From assembly GCA_002633005.1 (NCBI GenBank), contig NMRA01000057.1:811499-875498 (forward strand): a DNA stretch of 64,000 bases, written 5' to 3'. The notes below the pieces were generated by a model. That model saw only the letters and a list, made by a program, of their open reading frames with translations, was not told where the DNA came from and searched no databases. The stretch's first letter is position 1; the number at the start of each line of letters is the position of its first letter. Shown here in pieces: positions 12,211-24,549 of this stretch. The position numbers were made by a program, and so were the translations under genes. This DNA comes from Phoronis australis. Lineage: Eukaryota > Animalia > Phoronida.

Positions 12211-14000
12211 TAGACCGACACTGAGCCCGCCTGGAGCACTTAGCAAAGATGAACGCGGTACCCATGACTTTAACATCCCGTTGCTCCCAACTTGTTCGAT
12301 TCTATAGCCCAACAACAAGTTGGGAAGTTTACCCCCGTAGCCATCTTACGCGGCATGGTTGGAGGGCCTGCCCTCTTTGTTCGATACTGCTCTAATCTCC
12401 GATCAGATCGTATCTAGACTGACTGGGCTGGGCTGATAAAAGTGAAAGTTAAGTTATAACATATTTGAGCTTAAACCAATAGCATTTCTGAATTCCTCGT
12501 CAAATGCTGATCATGTTCCGTTTTTGAATCACCAAAATTGCCCAACTACAACAGAAGTTAAGCCAATTTATTCTGTCCAAATGGACGGCGCACTGGGCTT
12601 GACTGTGTTCATACGCGTTCGGTAATAGCGTGCAACCTCTTAGAAGATAATTGGCCTGCTTGTTATCATATTTGACAAAAGACTGAGCTGGGCAGTTTAC
12701 AAAAGAGCCAGATGTTATCGCACGTTCAGCACTCCTCACGTCTGGAAAAGTTACTGAACGACAGAACGCTGTAACGCAACATCTGACCACCGGAGCACTT
12801 AGAGTGCACCCCAAGTATGTAAAGAAATGGATGTCTACCGGTGTCTGCACTGGGTGTGTGGCCCTTGGACCATAAAATAAGCTAGAATATATATTTGAGG
12901 TACCGGGCCAAAACTGCTTTGAAGCAAACAGGAGTGCCGCCGAACACCGAATGCCCCGTGACAGACAAATTACTTTCTGGAAAGGCTGTGTCATAAGCCT
13001 ATCGGGCTTTCAAAAATGAGCTAACTCATACATTCGAGGTACCGCTGACGTAAACTAATTCCATATGATTCAATACATGCCAACACCTAGACCTTGACAG
13101 GCAAATTGCAATCTGGTATGATTCCGCCAGAAACACAAAAAGGACACTTCCAAAATTAGCTAGCTCATACATTCGAGGTACCACAAAAACCATTTCCATG
13201 TGATTTGATACATGCCACTGATCACTAAATTCCCTATGACAGACAAAATACACCCTGGGCTCTGCCCGCCAGAAACCCACAAAAATCTCAACCACCGTAT
13301 GTTCCTGAAATTTTGAGTGTTTGCTGTACCGGTCAACACTAATTGAAAACGAACAGTTGTTCCACACTGAACACCAATGACCCGACAGCCGGACTAATTG
13401 CACTCTGGAAAGTATCGGCCAGAAACCCCAAAACGACCCCCCCCACCCAATGAGCTATTTCAAGCATTCGAGGAACCACAAAAATAGCACTTCCATATAG
13501 TTTATTACATGCCACTGTCCTCGGTGGCCTATGACAGACAAAATACTCCGAGATCCCTGTTAAAATTAAATGGAGTTTCATAAAAGCAAAAATCTCGGTA
13601 AGAAAGCTTTTTGTTTCAACGTGCTTCGCTTACAGTATATGAATGTCGGTATCTCGCAGTCTTACGTTTCCTTGCATTTCCGTAATATTTTCGCCTATAT
13701 CACAGACCATATTGTTTTTTGTCTATTTTGAACATAAAGCAAACATTTTTGAAAAACGCCTGATAAAACTATAACTTTCGTATATCCCAGTTTGACGAGC
13801 CATCGGCCCATAGCATAATGGGCTCTAAAACTGTTAGCTGGAGATACTTCAGCGACAAAACATGGCCCCTAAATTTACGCTAGACTGGGGAATCATAAAT
13901 GTAATTTCCAATGATTCCTTTCATTCCACTTGCTACTAATCAAAATTTTAAAGAAAAACGTACAGCGTGTTTCTTTTAATATTTTTATTCAAAATAAATT
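12211..14000. mobile_element. Older, diverged partial copy of the same Academ family (left arm), interrupted at ~12265-12775
   Basis: Starts TAGACCG...gagcacttagcaaagatgaacgcggtacc; resumes caacatctgaccac at ~12777; same ~150-bp subunits to ~13550; 13858-14000 resembles 9848-9990. Confidence 0.65.
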
Positions 14001-16325
14001 AGAACTAGCCAGCACAGAAATAAATCAAAACAATCTAGAAGTAGCCAGCACAACGCCTTCACACAAAAGCTATGAATACATAACCATGTAATGACAGAGA
14101 CGTTTAATTGATCAGTGGCGGATCTAGGATATCACAAGGGGGGCAACATTTTGTCCGGCTGTAAGCATTTGCGCAAACTGAACCACGATTGTAGATGCGC
14201 ATAGCACCGCATGGGGGTAGTCTCCTCCACAGACCCACGAGACGTCATCTTGTGAGGCCCGGGAACCAGGTTACGCATGGGGGAGGTCAAGCATTTTCCT
14301 TGATTCCTGAAGTATTATCCAAGAAAAAAGGAAAACAAAAAAAACACGGAGAACGTGTCAAACAGGAAAAACTGAACGTACCAAAGACTCGAATTCACGA
14401 TCTGGCGCATAGAGAGCGCGTGCGTTACCACTACACCACCACGATTTAACTACTAATCTCATACTAAAAGACCTACTTGTTTATGGTCCACAGCGTTTGC
14501 GCGCGAAACCTACTTTTCGTAATGCTATACGTTTTATATTTTGTGCCATCAATTCTTAACAAATTTGTCGTATTTAAAATAGTCTTCAAATGCCCAAAAG
14601 ACCAAATCCGTTTTTCGTGTTGGCAATTATGACGGGATTGCTTTGGAAATCGTCTTAAGATAAGGTTTGACAAAGAGAGTATTGCGAGTTTCTGAGTGAT
14701 TCACTAAGGCTTCGATTAAAATTCACATCTTACCAGCAGCTTCTGTTTTTTCATCGTCACTCAGGTTCCATTCTCTTTAAAAAATGAAGTAAATTTTCTT
14801 CATTGCACAGTGGAGCAGACGACGNNNNNNNNNNNNNNNNNNNNNNNNNNNNNNNNNNNNNNNNNNNNNNNNNNNNNNNNNNNNNNNNNNNNNNNNNNNN
14901 NNNNNNNNNNNNNNNNNNNNNNNNNNNNNNNNNNNNNNNNNNNNNNNNNNNNNNNNNNNNNNNNNNNNNNNNNNNNNNNNNNNNNNNNNNNNNNNNNNNN
15001 NNNNNNNNNNNNNNNNNNNNNNNNNNNNNNNNNNNNNNNNNNNNNNNNNNNNNNNNNNNNNNNNNNNNNNNNNNNNNNNNNNNNNNNNNNNNNNNNNNNN
15101 NNNNNNNNNNNNNNNNNNNNNNNNNNNNNNNNNNNNNNNNNNNNNNNNNNNNNNNNNNNNNNNNNNNNNNNNNNNNNNNNNNNNNNNNNNNNNNNNNNNN
15201 NNNNNNNNNNNNNNNNNNNNNNNNNNNNNNNNNNNNNNNNNNNNNNNNNNNNNNNNNNNNNNNNNNNNNNNNNNNNNNNNNNNNNNNNNNNNNNNNNNNN
15301 NNNNNNNNNNNNNNNNNNNNNNNNNNNNNNNNNNNNNNNNNNNNNNNNNNNNNNNNNNNNNNNNNNNNNNNNNNNNNNNNNNNNNNNNNNNNNNNNNNNN
15401 NNNNNNNNNNNNNNNNNNNNNNNNNNNNNNNNNNNNNNNNNNNCCCCCACTTTTTTCAGTGCTGCGCCGCCCATCATACCTGTGGATTATAGTGCAGTGG
15501 GCCTTGTATTGAATCGTATGGAATTGTTTTTGTGGTACATCGAATGTATGTCTTGAGCTAGCTAATTTTGGGGGGCCTTTTTAACTTTGTTAGTGGTGAA
15601 ATTGAACTGTGCATACCTGTAAAAATAACAACAAATCAAAGTGCAGTACCAGGATAAAAACAAGTTTTATTATTTGCTGAGTAGGTTGATGTTCGAGATA
15701 TGTTGTTTCTGACGAGGTGGCATATCATATGCCACAGTGTTGTGGGAGTCTATTCCAGAGAATATGGAAAGAAAGATTTTGCGTCTCTCAAAAGTATGAG
15801 CGGGAGTTACCAGGGTGATCTAGAAATAGGGGTCCCAGTTAGGTATTTGTGCGGTATGGTACCGGTAAAAAGGTTGTGCACTGTCGTGTACATGAAAGGC
15901 AGTTTGTTTTGAGCACATCTTTCTTGAATGAGAGTGATAAGCATATAGTTTTAATGATGTAAAGGCAGCGGCCAATCATTGCGTAGAGGGTAATAACCAA
16001 ATCCCAAATGGCGCCATCTTGAGGCCGGGGGACGAGACTGTGAGTTGACACAGCACACCGGTAGATGTCAGCACACTACGAGCACTTGCGTTATATCGTG
16101 GTGTAAATTTGTAACAGTTATTGTCATTTTTATGATTTCCGACAGCTGACGAAATGCAAGATGTTTGGAAAACTAGTACGTATATTTAGAGTCACATATT
16201 TCGTATAGGCCTATTGCGATTTGTCTTTGACTTCAGAGATCCTTATTGTTTTCGTTATTGACTGCTTAATTAACCTGTTTTAACGGCAACACCACAGCTA
16301 GGCTCAGTCAAATATCAGTCGATCG

Positions 16326-17880
16326 TCATGACCACAGCACAGGCACCTAGTTTAATCAGTCCTCAACTATACACTAAATAGTAAATAAAGAGAAAGGTAG
16401 AGGCATTGAACAGTTCTCACAGGGATTTGCCTATCAGAACACACGTCAATGGACTCTTCACCCTTTCTTCACTGAGTCAAAAACTGCATGCAAATAAAGA
16501 AAAGTTTTGAGACATTTCACATCACAAGCCCTACGGCTACACTACAGATGAGCACATAAACTTTGTTCTCTCTTTTATTTTTGACCCTTTCACTCCCAGT
16601 GGAAACCAAGCTAGACTAAGAAAAAACGACAAAAAATGCAAAATCGGCACGTTTCACCCCAAAACCACCACTTCCCTGCCGATGCTCGACTAAAGCCAAC
16701 ATTAGATTCCGAAAGCAAGTTTCTTACCAATTCCAAAAATGTGGTCCAAAAGTACTATCAACCACTAGTTTTTTTTGCATATCTGGCTTGTTTGAGGGCT
16801 ACCTGAAATTGCGGCCAACTTCTCAGTTGCTACACAGCAATGCACAATTGCAAAAGGGGTCCACCATCTTGAAGAACAGTGCAGCTACAGCTGAGAAAGT
16901 GGCCTTTTTTCATTCTCAGCATGTTCACAAATACAAACAAACCACATTCACTTGGCCTACATACAATACCTAACTCAAATATGCCCCCAGGCGTAGCCTA
17001 CCCCTAGATTTTAATATTTTGGGAGTGCCGCGGCCGCAGTCTATCTGTTCAGTGCCACCATACAACTGCTATCCAATATGGCCGCCTGTCGGGCACTTCC
17101 GTAATAACTCCAAGCATGTCAAATCTGAGAGTAATTTAACTCGAACATTTTATCTTTGACAGCAACATGTTCACTAGTTACATTGTACATTTGTTGACAT
17201 CGAAACCAAGGCAATAAATACAATCAATACCTCAAGATTTTCCTAGTTCAATCGGCAACACTCACAGTAAAGCATAGACAAGAAATGTGCCATTTGGCAT
17301 CAACTAACGAGCATGCTCGCAACATCAACTAAAAACATCAATACTACAAACAGAGTAAACGAAGAGGCTTCTGATGGTAATTTATTTACAATTGAATCCA
17401 AAGCAATAACCGACTACACTAATTACTCTACAAGCATAATGATTTGGACGAACGGAAAATGATTGGAAGGCCTCTTGAAATGTTGACCTATTTTTCTTGT
17501 ACCCAATCAGCGTGCTCATTGAAAAGTATAAAAGTAATGTTGCTGTTTTTAGTTGATGTAAGCGTTCTGAAGATGTTGCGAGCATGCGCGTTAGTTGATG
17601 CCAAATGGTACATTTCTCGCTCTACACTTTGTCGTGAATGTTGCCGATTGAACTAGGAAAATCTGGAAGTATTGATGGTATTTATTGGTTTAGATGTCAA
17701 CAAATGAATGAACGTGTTGCTGTTGCAGATAAAATGTTTGAGTTAAATTACTCTCAGATATGACATGCTTGGAGTTATTCCGGAAGTGTCTGACAGACAG
17801 CTACATTGGATAGCAATTGTATACCTTTCTCTTCATTGAGTGTATAGTTGAGGGATGATTAAAGGTGCCTGTGGTTATGA
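16326..17880. mobile_element. Foldback-like inverted-repeat element with an insertion in its left arm
   Basis: 17061-17345 pairs with 17538-17823 as inverted repeats; 16326-16399 pairs with 17822-17880; 16400-17060 has no partner. Confidence 0.7.
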
Positions 17881-18029
17881 CACCATAAATAGTGTAACAT
17901 CAAGCGGCTGATGAGAGTGCTTGTGGATTAAGCACAAGATAGTGTAACACGTAATGTGAGTATATTATTGTCAAATACAATATTGATGAGACCTAATTAC
18001 TTGTTTTACAAAAAAGGTAGGAAGAGTGT

Positions 18030-18116
18030 TGTTTTTACAAATATGAATTCACTAAGGTCCTTGGTGACTATTATGTTTTTACAAATATGAATTCACTAAG
18101 GTCCTTGGTGACTATT
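18030..18116 (+). repeat. Tandem duplication, ~44 bp x2
   Basis: gtttttacaaatatgaattcactaaggtccttggtgactatt occurs twice. Confidence 0.85.
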
Positions 18117-20073
18117 GTGTAACTTCAAACCCAAATTTCTCAAAAATGCACAACTTTATATGTGGAAACTTTTTAGATTTTGAGAACACACTAGCAAATG
18201 AATTAAAAACACCACAATAAATTGCCCCCCTAAACTACTCACAAAAAGTGTTTTCCAGAAGCCCTATAAAACTTTGCCCACTACCTAATCTGTTTGGTGT
18301 CCAGCTTTAGACAGTGTAGTGTGGAATTAGAAATATGTACTTACTGGTTAATATATCTGTTTGGTAGCCGGCGATAGACAGTGTAGTGTAGAATTGGAAG
18401 GGGACAATGTTGTTTTGATGTTTTGGCTGGTTTGATATTGTTATATCCTTTGAAACCATGCTGAGAAAAAAATTGTTAAACCTGAAGTGGCAAGTCTTGT
18501 TAAATTTTAGCACCAATTTAAGTTGGTGAAAGTAAGAGCATATTTTCAAATTCATTGAACAAATGTTTTCTGTTTTCAGTTAAGTTTCCTGGTTGGTGTG
18601 TATGCGGGAATTTACATTGATCAACACTATCAGGTACTGTGTGTCTGTATCTTGTACATGTAAACACTAATATCTGAACAGGATTGGCTAGCAATCAGCG
18701 AATCACAACTGAGTGTAACAGTGTCACCGACTCGTGGGAAACCTATGCATTGAGTGAGACGTTTTTGAAGACCAAATGTGTATGGCTTCATTCAGTTTCA
18801 AGCGATAGCGATTAGTATCGTTGCCTATAATCCTAAAGCTGTCTTCCCCACCGGCCTCTCTACAGGCATCATTGTTTCCTAAGTGTCTAAAGATATGCGT
18901 TCCTTCTTCGTTGTAGTCAAGTTGCGAGTTGTCTCACCAATTTAAGTTGCAACAATTACAATTTTAATGTCTTCGTGATTCAAGGGACATCACGCATTCT
19001 ATTGAAGCATTTGAATCCAGTTTGTCGCAAAAGAAAAGAGTTGAGCAAAGAATGCTCGTTATAAAATGGAGGTTTTCTTTCCTCCATATGTAGGGTAGTA
19101 TGCATATTTTGTCTTGTCACAGTCGCCATGCAATACTGAAATCTCTTGGTGTCACTCCATAATTGATTTTTTTTTCTTAACCTTGTTTGGCATTTGTGTG
19201 AACTGACTGTTTATTAACCAAGATGTCCACATTGCAGGTGCCCAGTATAGAGAACCCTCAAGAACTATGGGCTAAGGTGAAGGAGTATGCATCGCAGTTT
19301 GAGAAGAAAACACCAGGTGGCTCGGGTCCAAGTCAAGACTCATAGACAAGAGTTACAGTGGCTCAGCCATGTACATTTTGTCAAAATTAAAAAATGAGGG
19401 GGAGGAAGAGTTTTAATTGCTGTAAATAATGGAGTAGGTCTGTCCATAATGTGAATTGGACATATCATGATGGAGACATGTCGTATTGTTAAGCAGAACT
19501 CCTTATGAGCCCTTAAATGATGATATGTGAATATTTGAGACAATCGTGACATTACAGATTATTGATTGCAAGCTCAAACTAGGAGTGTTCTTGTAGAAGT
19601 AACCTTAAAGTTTATACACTTTTTAACTCGTGATTTATGTCGCATAAATATGACAAACTATCGTGACTATGTGTAAATAATTGTTACGCAATAAACTTAG
19701 TTAAATTTAATTCTGTTACTAATGTTTAACTAAACCATGTTTTTAATGAAATTTTCCTGGACTGTGCCATTAGCAGATAAAAAATAACAAGGTGCAAGTA
19801 CATTGCAGCAGTGCGCCCCCTGGGCGCATCTTTTAAAACGCATCATGTACTCTTCCAAAAATGCAAGATTCTAGTCAACTAACAGCCAGTGGGGCAACAG
19901 ATGACTCTGTTCTTATTTCGATTGCCCTAAGAGTTTCTGTTTCACTTGTTACCACTTTAATTACACCAAGTCTTCTGGGGACAACTTTTTGAAAAAAGGC
20001 ACACTTTTTATCATCAGGTGCGTCCAATGCCAATTTCAGTCAAACTCTTAAAATGAGCTTCAGTCCAGTTGAC

Positions 20074-20098
20074 TGTGTGTGTGTGTGTGTGTGTGTGT
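20074..20098 (+). repeat. (TG)n microsatellite
   Basis: About 12 TG units. Confidence 0.95.
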
Positions 20099-21729
20099 AT
20101 GTCATGTTATTCGTTATTCATGTTATTTCGTTAGTCGTTTTTGAAAAGACTAGGCGTCAGTCTGTGGGCTTTCGTGAACCGCGTGGTGTTGCGCTGGCTG
20201 TGATGGCGGTCGGGTGAACGAATTTGACAATTTCAAATTTGTCTGTTCACCCCAATAGTATATCACCATAATTATCACATCGTTATTAACTATGGAATGA
20301 CAGCCACATGAACCAGACGGAGTTCGGCTTTATGCGCACGCACGCGCACCCACATACGCCTGTGTAATATGTATTACGCCGTCACCCAGGTCATGCGCCA
20401 GTCTTCGCTGCTGTATCTCCGCAACTTGACCCTTGATGAGTGTTTGTAAAGTTTTGCACACATGTTCTGATCACGCGGACATGGGACGCCACAATATTCG
20501 GACCTATCCCTGACCTCCCCTAGTGTCAATTTTACTTTTTTTAGGTTTGCCTTTGCGTCGTCGGAGTATGTTGATGAATTTTCATGAATTTTGACGCTTT
20601 GTACTCTTTTCGGATGGATTCGATTATATTCAGTGCCACCAAGAGACCATACCGTTTTGTTGGCGCCCGCCTCTCTATCAGCCAAACGGCTCTAAAGCTC
20701 AGTGGTGAAAATTGGGTGTTCTAACGGGAAAGAACACGGCTGACTATGGGTTTTTGGACGGCTCCTACTACGTCGGCGTCCCTGTTGGCAGTTTTTGGTT
20801 AATTGTGATTCCACAACTATACCTTCCATTTTCTTTCCAAAGCCGTTCGTTCAAGAAGCACTTCTTTTGGTCAGACCTCTTATTCCTCTGTGAAATTTGT
20901 CTATTTAATTTTTCCTTTCTAGATGAACGAGAAATGATTTCTGAGTGTGCAAAATTCGTTAGTCTCCGAGAACATGCGCGGAACACAGAATGACATGGCG
21001 TGACAAGTCATATTTTGTTACAGTCCTTTCTCTGCTCTAACGATCTCAAATTCTGTTACTATAAGGCCGAACAACTTGATACCACTATCGTCAAGTTTTA
21101 ACTTTAAAAATGGCCTTGATCAAAAGTTGCTTCTTGTGAGTGGAAGGCGGGGTCATAGCCGTTTTAAATTTTCAAGTGTATCTTTATGGACGTGATGTCC
21201 ACAGAATGACGGCAGTAACCTACGAAATTTGGACGGAATTTTAGAGAGATACGTTTATTGTCGTGTGCATCTAAATTATATTCTAGTTTAATTAATAGTA
21301 GGCTCATTAAATTTGCGGAATAGAACAATTTCTGTGTGAACGAACAAAATGGATTTTTCAAAAAAAGATTCCGCATTGACCATGTATTTACCTTATCCTC
21401 AGTCATTAAAAACTGATTACGTAATACAACAAGTACATTTGCGTGTTTTGTAGACTTTAAACTAGCCTTCGATTGGGTTGACAGATCTCACTTTCTTAAA
21501 ATTGTTACAGTAGAATGTTAGGGGAAATATTTACAATGCCATTAAGTCATTGTTTTTTAACGATACAGCTTGCATCAAGCTTATTTTCCACTAATGGGGT
21601 TATTCGGAGAATTCTCCTCGCGGTGTCGCTGCTGTACTAGTGGTGATTGAATTGCGCATGCGTCGCTGTCTGCATGTAAACAGCTGGTAAAAAGACGGAT
21701 TGTTATCAAAATACGTCGTCGCGCAAAGC

Positions 21730-22610
21730 CTTATTATTGCTATTTTCCCTGGTGCAAGTCTTCGACAGGTGGTCACAAATTACCAAAAGACCTAAGGTTA
21801 CTACATTCGTGGAGCATTGCGGTCAAAAGGGTCAACCAACTGAGAAAAAGTGTGTGGATGCCGAAGCCCCTTTATGAGACTACATAAGGACGGTTACTTG
21901 GTAAGTTTCTGGCAATCAAGTTTCTATTGACATCGTTCGGTGATGTTATCTCCACCAGTTACCCCACTGAATAACGGGTTTATTGAATGGAACTAAGTGT
22001 TTCTTTTCGAAAACTCATCCAGGACTCGGATGCCGGTAGGCTAGCAGCACATACTCACATATTGTCCTCCAAGGGTGGGAATGCGCCCAATATAAGAGGT
22101 GTGTGGTACGTGACGCTCAGAAGTCAGGGGTGCCTTTTTCAAAGCAGTTTCTCTTCAAAGCTATGCTATGTCCAATAAAATTCTCTAGACGAGTGAGTTT
22201 CCTTATTTCATAGCGGACCCCACCCCCAGGACTACCAGATTAGTTACCGAATTAACATGAATAAGCTATTCAGTAAACGTCATAACATTGCATTAACAGA
22301 ATAAAAATTGACAGAATGAATTTTACTTGTTGAGGTCAGATGCTCATTTTAGGTGTCGTGAAAAATACACATTATTAAATCACTTTTATCCTGTTTCACA
22401 TAGTTTAATTCAGATCTTAAATAAGACTTGGGTACAAAGATTTACTTTCTACATATGAACACGAAGATGAAACGTCAAGTATGTTCTGCCTTACTAAAGT
22501 AGTTTTGTCTTGTGTTTTCTGTTATAATTTGCTAATATTTCTCTGACTATTCTGTTACAGGTGAGAGAAAACGAATGAAACCAACCGCCTGACCATCTAT
22601 TTTACCTAGG
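21730..22610 (+). pseudogene. Spliced THAP-domain remnant (transposase N-terminus)
   Basis: YCYFPWCKSSTGGHKLPKDLRLLHSWSIAVKRVNQLRKSVWMPK, donor GTAAGT at 21901, acceptor ttacag at 22560, then GERKRMKPTA*PSILP (THAP AVPTIF-like motif with a stop). Confidence 0.65.
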
Positions 22611-23399
22611 GACAAAGTGAAAAGTAATCCTTCAGCAATAACTTGAGAGAATTGAACGTAATTCAGAAATTCAGCCTTTGATATGCCTGATTATGGACTC
22701 CATTGCGTGGGAAAATTACAATTGTTTTTAACAATGCTGTTTCTTTATATACTTTTCTTGCATGCGGAACTTTTGTTGTGGACAAGTTATCACAAAACTT
22801 AAAATTGTTCAAAGGCCTTCTTAAGAAAGCTCTAAAAATAATTACACACACAAACAATTCAAATGCAAACAAAGGGATTACTTTATTTTGATCGCTGCAC
22901 ATTTCTAGAGGTCAACAGGAAAACGACAATTCGAAAGCGTAATCGCTAATCATTTTAGCTTTATAAGCACAACTGCACTGTATGGGGCTTTAAAACTGAG
23001 GAAATATTGTGGTTTCAATAATTAGTGACAAACTTGCCCGTTGATGAAAAATTTATTCGATCATCAAAGTGTAACATTAACGGGCTTTCTACTGACAATA
23101 AGACAATCGATGTAGTCACTGAATGTCATTTCCCCAATGTGTACCAAATTGAAAAGATTTTACCATTAGTATAAAGCCTTTCTTCTGAAAGGAAATGTTA
23201 ATGTCACTCAGTGAGAAAGGACAGGTATTTATACCAGATACTTTTGGTTTTCATTTCACAGAGATCTAGTTTCAATAGCGTATCTAAGCGCTTGTAAAAA
23301 AGGTCCAGTTTCGGCACGTGGATTTCCTCCAGGTAACCTCATTCAGCCTCAATTAGATCCCTGAAGGTAAACACAGCATATAACTTGACTCGTTTTGTG

Positions 23400-23870
23400 C
23401 CCAAAATCTGACCCTGAACTAGACCAGAGTGTCACTACGTCTTCTTTAGCTTCAATCCAGCATGTTTCTTCCAGGAAAAGAAGTAAGCTATTGTCCACAC
23501 ATGACTTAATGCCTTTGAAAGGTATCCTCACCAACGAGGCTGACTTGTGTAGCAGTAGATATAGTTCCTCTTCATACACAAACAACACATTGTCTTATGG
23601 TAACTTCGTACTGAGATTCACATTTCACCAAGGCCACTGACATGTACATTGCGCCATGCAGCACTAATGGTGTGTGGAAATGCTGTGGGAAGAGAAAGGA
23701 GTTACAAAGCTTGTTCGTTGTCTCCGATGAAGAAAGTAGGCTTTAACAACAGATCTACAGGTACGCTGGATGGGAAGATCTTGCTGGTTAGCTGTAGTCA
23801 ACTGCTTAAAACCAATTTTTGTCCATTCAGGGTCGATGCTGAAGCGATGCATATCTCTGCTCTGCACGGT
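23400..23870 (-). pseudogene. SWIM-zinc-finger-containing second-ORF remnant of the ISL2EU-like element
   Basis: EWTKIGFKQL...DLPIQ...VKAYFL followed by AQCTC / SGLGE (frameshifted), resembling the CxC..GLGExCxH SWIM pattern found upstream of YqaJ nucleases. Confidence 0.45.
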
Positions 23871-24549
23871 ACAAGCCCTCAAACCTAAAAACCAAAGGTC
23901 ACGTGAAAACAGACATGATAGAATTTCATTTCAACGTGTAGTAAATTTCCGGAAGACAAGTAGTAAACAAATAGTCTAATGGATATTTACGTACCCTTTA
24001 ATTGCCATGGCATTGGGCTTGGATTGTAATCTCACTAACCCATATCGAGTTAAACATTCAGCATTCATTGACGTAACTGTCACTGATAAACCTGTTTGAA
24101 ATCATTCCAAACAATAATACGGATTTGATGTACGAAAAGTTCTCGAGTGCTACGTCAAGTATCGTAACACGCATCACAGCAAAGATTAACCCGACTGGCG
24201 ACTGTCGCGAAGCCGACATCGGCAAGTATCTCAGTTAACAGGCATCAGTAGAATAAACATGGAATAATCGTTAAAATAATCACAAACCTTACCTTTACTT
24301 TCTCTCATAGAAGCACCTTTTTCACGCAATCTCAGATTCAGTTTGCACACCTACAAACCATTTCACCATGTATTTAAAAGGCTCGCGAAATCGAGGCTGT
24401 TAATCTATCACCACTAGTACACGCACGCCCTCTAGTTATTGTAGATTTTCCGAATAGCCCCATTGGTTCCCAACAACTAGCGGAGTTAGACAGAGTGATT
24501 TGCTATACCCCACACTATTAAAAATTTTGCTCACAAATGATCTTGCAGT

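Larger units (their letters stand above)
21596..24461 (+). mobile_element. ISL2EU-like (PIF/Harbinger-related) DNA transposon, degenerate
   Basis: TIRs GGGGTTATTCGGAGAAT / ATTTTCCGAATAGCCCC with subterminal gtactagtggtgat / atcaccactagtac; AT on both flanks (21594-5, 24462-3); THAP remnant on plus, SWIM-like remnant on minus. Confidence 0.7.

Noticed and set aside
20374-20993. Several 70-100-aa ORFs in a GC-richer patch
   Set aside because: No motif recognised and frames are inconsistent.
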